From an uncultured bacterium (GTDB lineage: Bacteria > Verrucomicrobiota > Verrucomicrobiia > Limisphaerales > UBA8199), in assembly GCA_963749495.1 (NCBI GenBank), contig CAVVMW010000010.1, positions 128,001 to 192,000 of the forward strand: a stretch of DNA of 64,000 nucleotides. Reading direction: 5' to 3'. A program made the translations under genes and the position numbers. Below, in pieces: positions 31,200 to 40,849 of this stretch; the first letter of the stretch is position 1; each line of letters starts with the position of its first letter. The notes below the pieces were generated by a model. That model saw only the letters and a program-made list of their open reading frames with translations. It was not told the DNA's origin and did not search any database.

Positions 31200-31898
31200 A
31201 TGCGTAAATCAAGCGTCATTCTCGCCGGAGCTGTTCTGCTACCTTGCGCGGTTGGACTTCTCTCACAGCACCGTGGCATCGAGCGGCTGCGCGTGGAGAA
31301 TGGGATGCTTCGCGCCCAATGTGCCATGCTGCGAAACCAGGGCGGGGAGGCGAGGAGGTCCGATGAAATGGAGAGGCTCAGGCAGGCGTCGGCGGAGTTG
31401 CCCCGATTGCGCAGCCAGGTCGAGACACTGCGCAGCCAGGTCAAGCAGGATGGGGCATTCGACCGGGAAGTCGCCAAGGGCTTTGTCCCTCAAGACTGGT
31501 TCGCGCCCGCGGGTTACGCGGATGCCTGGTCGGCTCACGAATCCGCGCTCAAATATCTCGTCGAGGGAAATTTCGCCGCCTACCTGGACAGTTTCACTCC
31601 CGAGGGCCGGGCAGTGGAGCAAGAAAGGATCGATGTCAACATGAAGGCGGAAGGCAAGACGGAGGCTGAGCTCGGCGCCAGTTGGGCCCGGGAAGCGGCG
31701 GCGTCCTTTGGGGGATTTCGCGTGCTCTCGACCAATGTCGTTTCCTCGGACGAGGTCGTTTTGCGCGTCCAAGCATACTCTTTCGACGGCGCTTCGCGGA
31801 TCTATCGCGTCAAAGTCACTCACACCGGCAACGCGTGGAAGTTGACCACGCCGCCATTCCAATGTGTGGAGAGGCCTGAGCGCGCGGGCGACGATTGA
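31200..31898 (+). CDS. sigma-less extension-type protein (TM, coiled coil, NTF2-like domain)
   Basis: TM, ERLRVENGMLR, ELPRLRSQV; ..NVVSSDEVVL..GNAWKL. Confidence 0.7.
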   Translation: MRKSSVILAGAVLLPCAVGLLSQHRGIERLRVENGMLRAQCAMLRNQGGEARRSDEMERLRQASAELPRLRSQVETLRSQVKQDGAFDREVAKGFVPQDWFAPAGYADAWSAHESALKYLVEGNFAAYLDSFTPEGRAVEQERIDVNMKAEGKTEAELGASWAREAAASFGGFRVLSTNVVSSDEVVLRVQAYSFDGASRIYRVKVTHTGNAWKLTTPPFQCVERPERAGDD

Positions 31899-32071
31899 CG
31901 GAAGGGGCTGCGCACGAAGCGCCGGGGAGGGAGCTGGTTTCTCATTGGTCGGGCCCGTTGCAGCGAAAGTGCTCGTCTGAGACCAGCGCCTTGCGGTAGA
32001 GATCGTGCCGAACGACAACTCGAAGCGCGAGCCCCCGGGCTGACTCCGGGCCGCGCTGGCCCGACAATGAT

Positions 32072-32602
32072 ATGAAGACATCTGCTGACCTTGAATATCA
32101 AGCTGCCTTACAGGTCGCCAGCCTGATGGCTGCGGCCGCCCGAACGGCACCAAAGACCCGTGGCATTGACAACATTAGGGTGGTGGCCATTGACGACACA
32201 GGCACCAAAAACAGGCTCGTCGGCAGAATGAGAGAATTGGCGCAATCAGAGAACCGCCCGAGCTTCGACCGGGACGCCACCTGCGTCGCGAGTTCTTCCG
32301 CCGTTCTGATAATCGGGGTTGAATCCAATCCGGCCGGTCTCAACTGCGGTTACTGCGGCCACGGCAACTGCGCCGAAATCGAGAAGGCCAACGGCGTTTG
32401 CGCTTTTAACTCCATTGACCTCGGCATTGCAGCTAGTTCCGCCGCCGGCATTGCCGCCGATTCGCGGGTTGATACCCGTCTGATGTTTTCGGTTGGAAGA
32501 GCCGGCCTGGCCCTGGACCTCTTTGGCAGCAAGGTAAAGCTGGCCCTGGGCATTCCTCTGAGCATCACGGGCAAGAGTCCTTTTTTCGACCGGAAGGCCT
32601 GA
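32072..32602 (+). CDS. DUF2148 ferredoxin-like/nitroreductase-fold protein
   Basis: AARTAPKTRG, NCGYCGHGNC, DLGIAASSA, PFFDR. Confidence 0.85.
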   Translation: MKTSADLEYQAALQVASLMAAAARTAPKTRGIDNIRVVAIDDTGTKNRLVGRMRELAQSENRPSFDRDATCVASSSAVLIIGVESNPAGLNCGYCGHGNCAEIEKANGVCAFNSIDLGIAASSAAGIAADSRVDTRLMFSVGRAGLALDLFGSKVKLALGIPLSITGKSPFFDRKA

Positions 32603-32687
32603 CGAGGAGAGCAGGAAAGAAGGCGGAAATGCCGGGCCGGAAGCACCCGCAGAATACGCAGACCATGCCGAATCGGAGTCCTCGGGT

Positions 32688-33128
32688 TCAAGAGAGTAGA
32701 AGCCGCCAAGCCCAAAGGGCGCTGTTGCGCCAGCCGACCCGACTCCGCTTCTTCCCGTCCCGAAGCTCAGCCTCAACTCTCGGAAGCTCCGCCAAGAACC
32801 AATTTCTCTCTGCTTCGCTCAGTTCGGCAAGCACCAAGTCCCGCGTGTGCTTATCAACGGAGGCCAGATCCTGAACCAGTCCGGCTGCGAGCCGCCCAAT
32901 AGCCAATTGCGTGGACATGCCAACAAGACAAACCGCGCCGCCGAGAACCGAAATCAGCGCGACTGGAAGAAAAGCCTCATAGCCCAGGCCCAACGCCAGC
33001 ATCGGGGCGAATATGACAAGCGCGAATCCGAGATTCGCGTCTTTCCAGATCGCGCGCGGCAGTCTCATGAACTGTTGGACGAAAGCATTAGCACCTTGGG
33101 TTACGCAAAAGGAAAGCCATGCGGCCAA
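32688..33128 (-). CDS. small membrane protein
   Basis: Two to three hydrophobic segments; start uncertain. Confidence 0.4.
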   Translation of the reverse strand: MAAWLSFCVTQGANAFVQQFMRLPRAIWKDANLGFALVIFAPMLALGLGYEAFLPVALISVLGGAVCLVGMSTQLAIGRLAAGLVQDLASVDKHTRDLVLAELSEAERNWFLAELPRVEAELRDGKKRSRVGWRNSALWAWRLLLS

Positions 33129-33215
33129 CGAGGCTTGACGCGGCGGCGGGGCTCTCGCGCGAAACCATCGCTTGTGCCGGGTGTATCAAGAGATTTTGAG
33201 AGAGGACAAAGAGGG

Positions 33216-33286
33216 TCTGGCAGAAAAATGAGATGGCAGAAAAATGGCTCTTCTCCATTTTTCTGCCATCTCATTTTTCTGCCAGA
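33216..33286. repeat. perfect 32-bp-arm hairpin, family B copy 2
   Basis: tctggcagaaaaatgagatggcagaaaaatgg-ctcttct-ccatttttctgccatctcatttttctgccaga. Confidence 0.85.
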
Positions 33287-33710
33287 TTAGGGCCAAGGAC
33301 TTGGGCCACGTGTTCGTCCGCCAGGGCCTTGGCCGCTTTCAACTCGATAATCAGGCGCTGGTCTTGCACAGCCTATTGCTTTCTTGCGTCTTTTGCTTTT
33401 TCGCGGCAGAATTCCGTCTCTGCCATTGGATCGGCGTAACGCGCCAATCCCGGATTAAGACAGCGGTGGCTGATTACCTGGCGCGGCACAAGCGGCCGGA
33501 AAAGAGAAAGGCGTCCGCCTGATGTTTGCGCCCTGGCCGCCGTCGTGAAGGAGCAACGGAATCGCCTTCACTGCGGTTGCGCGGCCCCGGGGCTCTGCTA
33601 AGCTGAAGGGCATCAGCAGGGCGCCTGGCGCAGCTTTGCCCTGCTGGCGTGCCGCTGCCGGCGCGGAGGGCAATTCCTCCGGGCAGTTGCCGGCGGTGCG
33701 CGTTACGAGT

Positions 33711-33751
33711 TTGCCGGTGTGGCGAAATGGCAGACGCACAGGACTTAAAAT
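33711..33751 (+). repeat. att site: duplicated 5' half of tRNA-Leu (41-bp direct repeat)
   Basis: Identical to 43471-43511; identity ends just after the anticodon loop. Confidence 0.95.
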
Positions 33752-33874
33752 TCTAAAACCGGCCCTTTCCGGCCCTTTCCAACGGTTGCTTGCCAAGTGG
33801 ACTTCACCCTTGATTTTACGGGCTAACACTCACTTTTGGCCGCTGAAAAGGAAACGGTTGATGCGGAACGGCAA

Positions 33875-33896
33875 AGTGTCACAATTAGTGTCACAG
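33875..33896. promoter_or_regulatory. putative integrase arm-type site (left)
   Basis: agtgtcacaattagtgtcacag, identical to 43389-43410. Confidence 0.7.
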
Positions 33897-34490
33897 ACCT
33901 GAATTGCCTTATCCAGAAGGCAACCATCATAAGCTGCATTTCACCACCGGCACGGGGCGCAACGCGGCGCCGCCCTGAAAGCCGCCAACAGTCCGCCGCA
34001 GGACCGCGCGGACCATGCCGACATACCACCCCGCCTGCTCGGATGCCTGCCAGGGCCATTCCCGGCACGAGGCGCGGGCTTGTAGCCTCGGGGGGTGTCA
34101 GGACAGCGGACGCTGGCAACGGACGCGCCAGAAGCCGCGTAGCAAGGCGCCACGCAGCAAGGCGGGCCGTCCTGGCGACACTGGCCAGGCTGTTGGCTGG
34201 CGGCTGCCTCCGGCGGCTGTCCCGGCGTCACCCGCCGACAGGCAGCGTCATGCCAGTGCCGCCCCAGTGGACGGCGCGGCACCCCCCCCCCGGCGCCTAT
34301 GGAGTTCCTTTTCCCGAAGCCCGCGCCGGGGACCGGGCCGGCCCCTTCTTTGCCGGGGTCGCTCCTCGCTACGCAAGGGCTCAAGAAATCTTGGTGTTCT
34401 GCCAGACTCCTCCGGCGCTTCTGGGTACTGCCGGTCAGATCGGGCTGTCAGTAAGCCACAACAAGGACACCGGCGTTTCCGGTCCGTCCA

Positions 34491-35711
34491 TTACGGCAAG
34501 TACTTCACCCGGAAGAACCCAGCACTGCCGCTGGCGCTGACGTGCTGCGTGCTGGTGGTCGTTGTGGGACTGAAGGGGGTGCCAACACTGCTCCATGACT
34601 CTCCGGCGGTCGGGCTAAACTCAAGCTGGTAGTTGTCATAGGGCGAGAGATTAGCCAAGTCGAACTCCAGCACAGGAGTCACCAGCGGTCCAAAGAACAG
34701 CGCCGTGATCCGCATCGTGGGTTGAGGAATGAAGGGCGGCTCAATGACGATGATCGGCGTGCTGGTGTAGCCATAACCCGTACTGAGAGCGTTGACGGCA
34801 ATGACCGCCCCGTTGGTCATCACGGCCACGGACTGCGCCCCGCTGCCGCCGCCGCCAATGATTCTCACGGTGGGCGTGTTCGTGTAGCCATAACCGACAT
34901 CAGTTACGGTCGCCCCCACGACAAAACCGTTCACCACGGTTGCAGTTGCGGTCGCGGTGCGTGGTGGTGGCAAATCCTGTTGGTAAAGCTCCTGGACTTC
35001 CGAGGCTGAAAGGGCGCGGTTGTAGATGCGGACCTTGGAAATGGCTCCTTTAAATCTGGCATCATACGCAAAATTGGGGCCGCTGTTGTTGCTGTTGGTG
35101 AAGTTTCCCGCGCCGACACTGACGCTGGACCTTCCGGCATGGCCCGCGATTATCACGTTGGTTGAAGCGATCAAGCTGCCGTCCAAATAGAGACGTTGCC
35201 CGTTTCCGGCTGACGTGAACACTGCCTGCTGCCATTGGAAGAGCGTTACTGGAGCGTTTGTTGATTGGATAAATTGCCCAGTAAAAAAGCCTCCACCATA
35301 TAAGGAACCGGGCTGAGACACTTCAGCGCTGGCGCTGAGGCAGATGCCCCGGTCGCCGCCCGCTTGGGAATCATCATCCCAGAATATCACGCCTGTAAGA
35401 GCTTCGGCCTTGAACCACACGGCCCATGTCAGAACTTGATTCGGGTACAGAGCATCGTTCTTCCCGAAGAGAACATAACCGTTCACCCCGTCGCAATAGA
35501 CGGCCGAACTTGGCTCGCCGTCAATTCCATTGGTGTAAAAAGCGCCGTTCTCCAGGATTCCGGTGTTGCCCCTATCGAATTGGTCAGCCGCATTCCCGTT
35601 GAACGGGTAGTACGCAACCAGACCGTTGGTGAGATAGGACTGGCCTTGGACCTGGCCTGCGAGAGCGGAACCGATGGCGAGAATTCCCAACACTGCTCTT
35701 GTTGTTTTCAT
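34491..35711 (-). CDS. secreted LamG/concanavalin-like domain protein with C-terminal FFRV motif (element cargo)
   Basis: Signal peptide; GLVAYYPFNGNA, WQQAVFT, LYLDG, FKGAISKVRIYNRALSASEV; G.GYT..P.(V/I) repeats; ends GFFRVKYLP. Confidence 0.88.
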   Translation of the reverse strand: MKTTRAVLGILAIGSALAGQVQGQSYLTNGLVAYYPFNGNAADQFDRGNTGILENGAFYTNGIDGEPSSAVYCDGVNGYVLFGKNDALYPNQVLTWAVWFKAEALTGVIFWDDDSQAGGDRGICLSASAEVSQPGSLYGGGFFTGQFIQSTNAPVTLFQWQQAVFTSAGNGQRLYLDGSLIASTNVIIAGHAGRSSVSVGAGNFTNSNNSGPNFAYDARFKGAISKVRIYNRALSASEVQELYQQDLPPPRTATATATVVNGFVVGATVTDVGYGYTNTPTVRIIGGGGSGAQSVAVMTNGAVIAVNALSTGYGYTSTPIIVIEPPFIPQPTMRITALFFGPLVTPVLEFDLANLSPYDNYQLEFSPTAGESWSSVGTPFSPTTTTSTQHVSASGSAGFFRVKYLP

Positions 35712-36217
35712 AGACGTTTTCACAAAGCGCAACCGCACAGCAGCGGAACAAAAGGGCGCGAACTTAACGCACCCTGTCCCGAGGCACCGCGAAGCGCCTG
35801 TTACACAAGCACGCCAAGCCGCGCCCAGTTGGGCGCGTGCTCGCTCGATTGTGTAACGGGCCTGGAAAATTCGCGGTTTTCGGGACAGCCCGCAGCCGGA
35901 GCTACGCTAAATTGCTGGTTTGGTTTACATAGACAGTGGATGCCAAAGCCTGAACTTGGGGACGGAGCTTGGCGACGGTCAAGGAATACTTATTCACAGG
36001 TTATTCGCAAAACCCCTGATTACTGCGGCCGTGAAACGCTGGCGCGCGGGGTGAGTCGGCGAGGGCGGTCCGGCTGTGCGGTGAGGGCTAAAACCAGGGA
36101 GCGGGCGGAGGGGACGCCTCTGGGGCGTATCTCGGCCACCCTTGGCGATGGTTTGCCGGGGTGCTGGGGACGGCGGTAAAGGCTTGAACAGGCGTCCAGT
36201 GTGGGTTACGGTTGGCC

Positions 36218-36583
36218 ATGCCGCTATTCGACTCCGCAAGCGCCCGTGAAGCCCAACGCAAATCGGCTGAGTCACGACGCGCTAACCGCGTGGCGGGCGG
36301 GCAGAGGCAACCGCAACCCGCCCCGCCACACCCCCCCGCTGATGGGTTTGTGAGCGCGGGTCTCGCGCGCGTGCGCGTGCAATTGAACGGTATCGCAGAC
36401 AAGATCAACGGGTTGGTCCAGCGCAACGAGTTCGACGCCAAACAGCTTGACCAACTCGCCAGCGCGTTCAGCCGCCTTTCCGAGATTGAGCGCCAGCTTG
36501 CGGGCCGGCCCTTGCCCGGTTCGCTGCGGCCAACCACCGAGAAGCCACGGGGCCGTATGGCGCGGATGCTCGGCGACTTGTGA
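36218..36583 (+). CDS. hypothetical small helical protein
   Basis: MPLFDSASAREAQRKSAESRR..GRPLPGSLRP; the only + strand gene in the element. Confidence 0.6.
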   Translation: MPLFDSASAREAQRKSAESRRANRVAGGQRQPQPAPPHPPADGFVSAGLARVRVQLNGIADKINGLVQRNEFDAKQLDQLASAFSRLSEIERQLAGRPLPGSLRPTTEKPRGRMARMLGDL

Positions 36584-36587
36584 CGGT

Positions 36588-36797
36588 TCAGGCGTGGAGG
36601 CAATTCCCTGGGCGGGCAGACGGGGAGCCTGCCGGCTCCCTCGGCTCAACAGGGGGGACTGGGCGGCAGATTTCGCAGCGGAAGCCAAAGCCGCGCAACG
36701 CCACTTTCAGCAGCCCCCGGAGGCGTTGGATCGGGGCCGCCTGCCAGTGGCCCGCCACGGCCCGCAACCGCAATTCAAATTCGGGTTGCGCGTTCAT
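36588..36797 (-). CDS. hypothetical small element protein
   Basis: RLRGLLKVALRGFGFRC; directly follows the TOPRIM gene. Confidence 0.55.
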   Translation of the reverse strand: MNAQPEFELRLRAVAGHWQAAPIQRLRGLLKVALRGFGFRCEICRPVPPVEPREPAGSPSARPGNCLHA

Positions 36798-36799
36798 AC

Positions 36800-37726
36800 T
36801 CAATTCCTGGCGCGGCGCTCGTCCATCGCCTCGGAGATAAAATCCCGGCTCTCCACGCGGAGGCTTTCAAGTGTCTGGCGCTCCATGGCCTCGGTCTTTT
36901 GCAGCAACTTCCATTGCCTGCGATCAATGTGTCGCGTGATGCAGGACTCGACGAGCTTCCGAATCTCGGAAGGCGGCATCGTGTCCAACTCGACGCACTC
37001 GCCGCCGGTCCACTTGGCCGCGCGCGTGTCGCTCTGCTTCACGGGCCGGGTTGGCAGGTCCATCGGCTCGATCTGCTCCTGGGTCACAGCAGCCCGGACA
37101 AATTCGAGATCAACCTTGAAGTCGTCCCGGAAGGCTTTGACCATTGATTCAGCAGCAGCAACACCGGACGGATCGTAATCGCCAAGGTGGTAGAGGATGA
37201 CTTTCTTCCCGGCCTCCACTGCTGCCCGGAAGGTTTGGGCGGCGCCGTAGAGACTCGACAAGCTCGCAAAGCCGCGACACACGAAAACAGGAACGCCGAA
37301 AGAGTTGGCAGTGCCGGCCACGATGGATGCAACGGCATCCTTCTCAACCCACGTTTCGAGATAGTAGGGCTGCGTACTCCAAAGGTTGCGGCGGTAATTC
37401 TCCACGGTGTTGCGCAGCGCATCGTCAATGCCATCGAAGCTCGGTCGCTGGATGTGCCATCGGGTGTTGTCGGCAAAGGCACTCCACTCGACATCACCGG
37501 AGCGGCGCCATTTGGACAGATGGCCACAGAGACCTTTGTAGTCAGCCTCGGTTTTCTCTATGACGTGCAAGCCGGAAGCCAGCCGATAAAATAAATGTCG
37601 GATCGTGATCTGGCCTTCCTCGCCAGCCAGGATGTTTCGGATCGCGTCCAGCAGGCTCGCCATCTCGCCCCGCCTACGGTAGGAGCGTTTTGCCGGAACA
37701 ATTGGACTAGTCCGATTCTTCATCAT
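36800..37726 (-). CDS. Spo11/topoisomerase VI subunit A-like (winged helix plus TOPRIM) protein
   Basis: ITIRHLFYRL, TWVEKDA, RGFASLS, LGDYDPSG, VELD motifs. Confidence 0.8.
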   Translation of the reverse strand: MMKNRTSPIVPAKRSYRRRGEMASLLDAIRNILAGEEGQITIRHLFYRLASGLHVIEKTEADYKGLCGHLSKWRRSGDVEWSAFADNTRWHIQRPSFDGIDDALRNTVENYRRNLWSTQPYYLETWVEKDAVASIVAGTANSFGVPVFVCRGFASLSSLYGAAQTFRAAVEAGKKVILYHLGDYDPSGVAAAESMVKAFRDDFKVDLEFVRAAVTQEQIEPMDLPTRPVKQSDTRAAKWTGGECVELDTMPPSEIRKLVESCITRHIDRRQWKLLQKTEAMERQTLESLRVESRDFISEAMDERRARN

Positions 37727-38061
37727 GGCTTCGTGGCCTTGAGCCGGTCCAGGGCGTGGATGCAGTCCGGGTGTTGGATGGAGCGCAAGCCGATAGCCAG
37801 GCTCTCAGCGGTGGATCGGTCCGCGCCGTCAAATTCCCCGGCCAGGACTTGCCGGGCCGTGTGCAACCAAGGCGCGCAGTCCGGCGTGAGTCTGGCGGCA
37901 GGGGCCTCTAAATAGTCCAGCAGTTCACGCTTGTGCGCCCGGAGCGTATCCGCCAAGTCGGACGGACAGGCGCCCTTGGGCGCAACAGCCAGCATGTCAC
38001 CAACGGCTTTCAGCTGGAGTCCACCCCGGGCGGCTTCCAACAATAGGGCGTGCGCGGTCAT
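37723..38061 (-). CDS. small primase-associated protein (TubC_N-like)
   Basis: LL.EA...GLQL...GD.L...P..LRAHKRELLDYL. Confidence 0.6.
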   Translation of the reverse strand: MTAHALLLEAARGGLQLKAVGDMLAVAPKGACPSDLADTLRAHKRELLDYLEAPAARLTPDCAPWLHTARQVLAGEFDGADRSTAESLAIGLRSIQHPDCIHALDRLKATKP

Positions 38062-38157
38062 ATCAAGTCGGCCTCGATCAGTGGCCAAAGGTTCGACCAG
38101 CAATCGGCAATCAGGGCAGGTTTTATCCGGCGTTTGGCCTTCCTGTTCGGCACGGCT

Positions 38158-38273
38158 GGCACAGGCGGCACAGGCATTTCCTTATCTTTATCAGACAGAG
38201 GCAGGTTGTGTGTGTAGTGTGTACTGGGCGGGGTGTTCAATATTGTACGGGAAATGCTTGTGCCGCTTGTGCC
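38158..38273. promoter_or_regulatory. candidate replication origin: inverted GGCACA iteron pair
   Basis: ggcacaggcggcacaggcatttcc (38158-38181) and its inverse with 2 mismatches (38250-38273), directly downstream of the helicase gene. Confidence 0.5.
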
Positions 38274-38281
38274 GGGAGTAT

Positions 38282-40557
38282 TCATTCGGCGTCCTCCGGG
38301 GCGAGAATTGAACGAAGGCCGATGCCGACAATGTGCCGGACGCGTTCGCCCTCGATGCGCAACTGGCTTTCGCGCAGACCGGGAAACCGGTCCAGCAGCT
38401 CGCGGAAAAACCACTCCGCGCAGACCGCCCGCAGTTCGTACCGTTCAGCGAAATCTCTGAAGGCGTTGCGCAAGTTTTCCTTCGCGGCCCTGGCATCGCT
38501 GGCCAGGATGCAGCGGGATTGGACGAAGGCGCCAACCGGGTCATTGCTGACGCGGAAGCGGTTATGCACGGCCCGGCTTTGCGGACCGCCGATGGGTATT
38601 TCCGCCGAGCGCAAAAGCCGTTGCAGACCCCCAACCATGAACCGAAAAACGCCGTCCAGTTCACCGGCGAGGCGGGCCTTCAAGGTTACGTCTTTGACCG
38701 GCGGTGCAAAGTCGAACCTCAAGAATCTTGTGCGCCTCAACTCGGCCTCGGTGCCATGCCGAAACCGAGGCAGGCTGTTGGCCAAAAACCACAGTTTTGC
38801 ACTCGTCTGCATCACGAAGGGCGCCCCGTAAATCGGGCGCGCCTCTATCGCCTCGCCGGAAACCAGCGTCTTGAAATTCCCGCTCTCGGCAATGTCCGCC
38901 GTAGTCAACTCAGTTCCAAGATTCACCGCCGCGAATTTCAATTTCGGCAGGTGGTAACTTCGAGGATCGCAAATTTGACTCATGGACAAGCGGCAGACCA
39001 AATCCGTGCCCAGGGCAGTGACCACTGGATCGGCCACGGTGCTTTTTCCCGAACCCGCCTCGCCGTAACAGCATAGCGCCGTCTCGAAACGACAATCAGG
39101 AAGAAGGAAATTCCCAAGGCAAAGCTGGAACAGTTCGCGGTCCTGGGGGGCGGGCAGGACCTCGCACAGGACGCGCTTGAACAGGGCCGCCCGTGCCTCG
39201 GGGTTGAATGGCGCAACCGTCTGATAAGTGAAACAGTGTTCCGGTGAATGCGGCATGAGTTGGGCGGTATCGGCGGTGACCCGCAGTAGGCCATTGCGGA
39301 CGTTCAGCAAAACCGCGCCATCGGAGTCGAAGCGGTAGAACCCTCGGAACGTGTCGGGATCGGTCTGCCTCGCTGCCTCGACGTGATCCAGCAGGGTGCT
39401 GGCGCGCCGGACCGTGCGGATCGGCTCGGGAGGATCGCCAAGGCTTGCGGCTTCAACGCGTCAGGGTTCTGCGGCTTCCAGGCGCCATCGCGGTAGAGGT
39501 GCCAGGTCCGGCCAATCGTCTTGACCGGCGGCAAAGCGGCTTGCAGGCGCTTCGCAAACTGCAACTCCGTTTCCGTGTCGGCGTTTCCGGGTGAGGCTGT
39601 CACCGTCAACGCCCGACTGGCGGCAGCTTCGGCTTTTCCGATCCTCGACCTCAACTCGTGGTTGATGCCCTCGACAATGCCCCGGCAGTGTTGGTGCAGA
39701 CACGGGCCGGTGGGGGCGCCATTCACCATCACCTTGAAGTCCCGGTCGCCGTTGGTGGTCGAGTGCAAATGCGCCCCTGGGCATTGGCAAAAGCCCTCAG
39801 TGTCACTGCTCCACCGGACGGGGCCAAGTATGTCCTCCGCAATCTGCCGTCGCTCACTGAGGTTGACGGCTTCACCATTGCGGGCGGCGGCGGGGGCTGG
39901 TCCCTTGGTCTCGATCACTGGCAACTCGATGGCATTGGGATTTAGGACGGCCTCGGGGTCAAACGAGACGTAACACAGTCTGCCAACATCCCTGCACGCC
40001 GTGTCAATCTGGACGCCTGTTAGCGCGCGGACATGCGCCTCCACGGCGCGGAAGCTGTCACCGTGCCGCTCTGCATCCGCCGGCACGCGGAACAGGGCCT
40101 TGAGCCCCACGCCCGAGGGCGAAAGGAAATCCGCAACCAAATGCGGGCTTGTCTTGAGCTTTCCGCGAACCTCGGGGAGCCGGTCGCCCAGGTCGTCAAG
40201 GTCGGCGCACAAGTAGCCGGAGTGCGCGACCAGCTTTTCGGCGGTGGGCTTTTTGCGGTTCTTAAATCGCCCACTCCACAAGATGCCGGGTCGCTTTTTC
40301 TTTTCGCCGTCAATGGCGAGCTTGGCCGCCTTGGTGTCGCCGGTCTTGGCCAGGACCTCGGCATAGAGCTTGCGGATCTTCTCAATGGGGCCGCGCCATT
40401 TGCCGGCCCGGATCTGCTCCACGATCTTGAGCGCGTCCGCATCGCGCGTCGCCGTGCTTGTGGCATCCGGCACCATGCTGACGCAGACAGGGCCACTGTT
40501 CACCGGCGGCGGGGCGTCGGCCTCCGCGGGCAGATATTCCGTGGCGGTCGTTGTCAT
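38282..40557 (-). CDS. primase-helicase: BT4734/VirE-N-like PrimPol, Zn finger, D5_N and SF3 helicase; single frameshift near 39430
   Basis: ADLDDL, FLSPSGVGLK, DTACRDVGRLCYVSFDP; CQCPGAHLH..CLHQHC; LNVRNG; GEAGSGKS; LRRTRFLRF. Adding one C in CTCCC joins the two ORFs. Confidence 0.88.
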
Positions 40558-40606
40558 CTTGCGACCCCCATACCGGGACACGTCGGCACGTGGTGAAGCA
40601 GGGCGA

Positions 40607-40849
40607 TCATTGGCTACCTCTCCGCCTTTCGTCCTTGGCCCGGTGATCCTTGATAATGTCCAACAGCGGGCTGATTGCCTCCCCTTGCAGTTCTACGATC
40701 TCGCGCAGCCAGCGGATTTCTTCGCGCAGCCAGCGGATCTCTTCCCGCAGATCCTCTGTCTCGCGGCACTTGATCGAGCGGCGGCGCGTCTTCGGCGGTG
40801 CGGTGTGCCCTGTCTGTCTGCTGGCGCCTGTTGGTCCGGGGGCGATCAT
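40607..40849 (-). CDS. small hypothetical protein with an EEIRWLR tandem repeat
   Basis: Overlaps the stop of the Xis-like gene; 21-bp tandem repeat. Confidence 0.45.
   Translation of the reverse strand: MIAPGPTGASRQTGHTAPPKTRRRSIKCRETEDLREEIRWLREEIRWLREIVELQGEAISPLLDIIKDHRAKDERRRGSQ

Noticed and set aside
1..33700. integron cassette array
   Set aside because: Genes lie in both orientations, with no recurring attC-like sites and no IntI.
33713..33790. second complete tRNA-Leu
   Set aside because: Identity stops after the anticodon loop; there is no T arm or 3' acceptor strand, so it is an att remnant.
34260..34330. cos/pac-like site at the C-run followed by ggagttccttttccc
   Set aside because: Resemblance is too weak and no terminase is identified.
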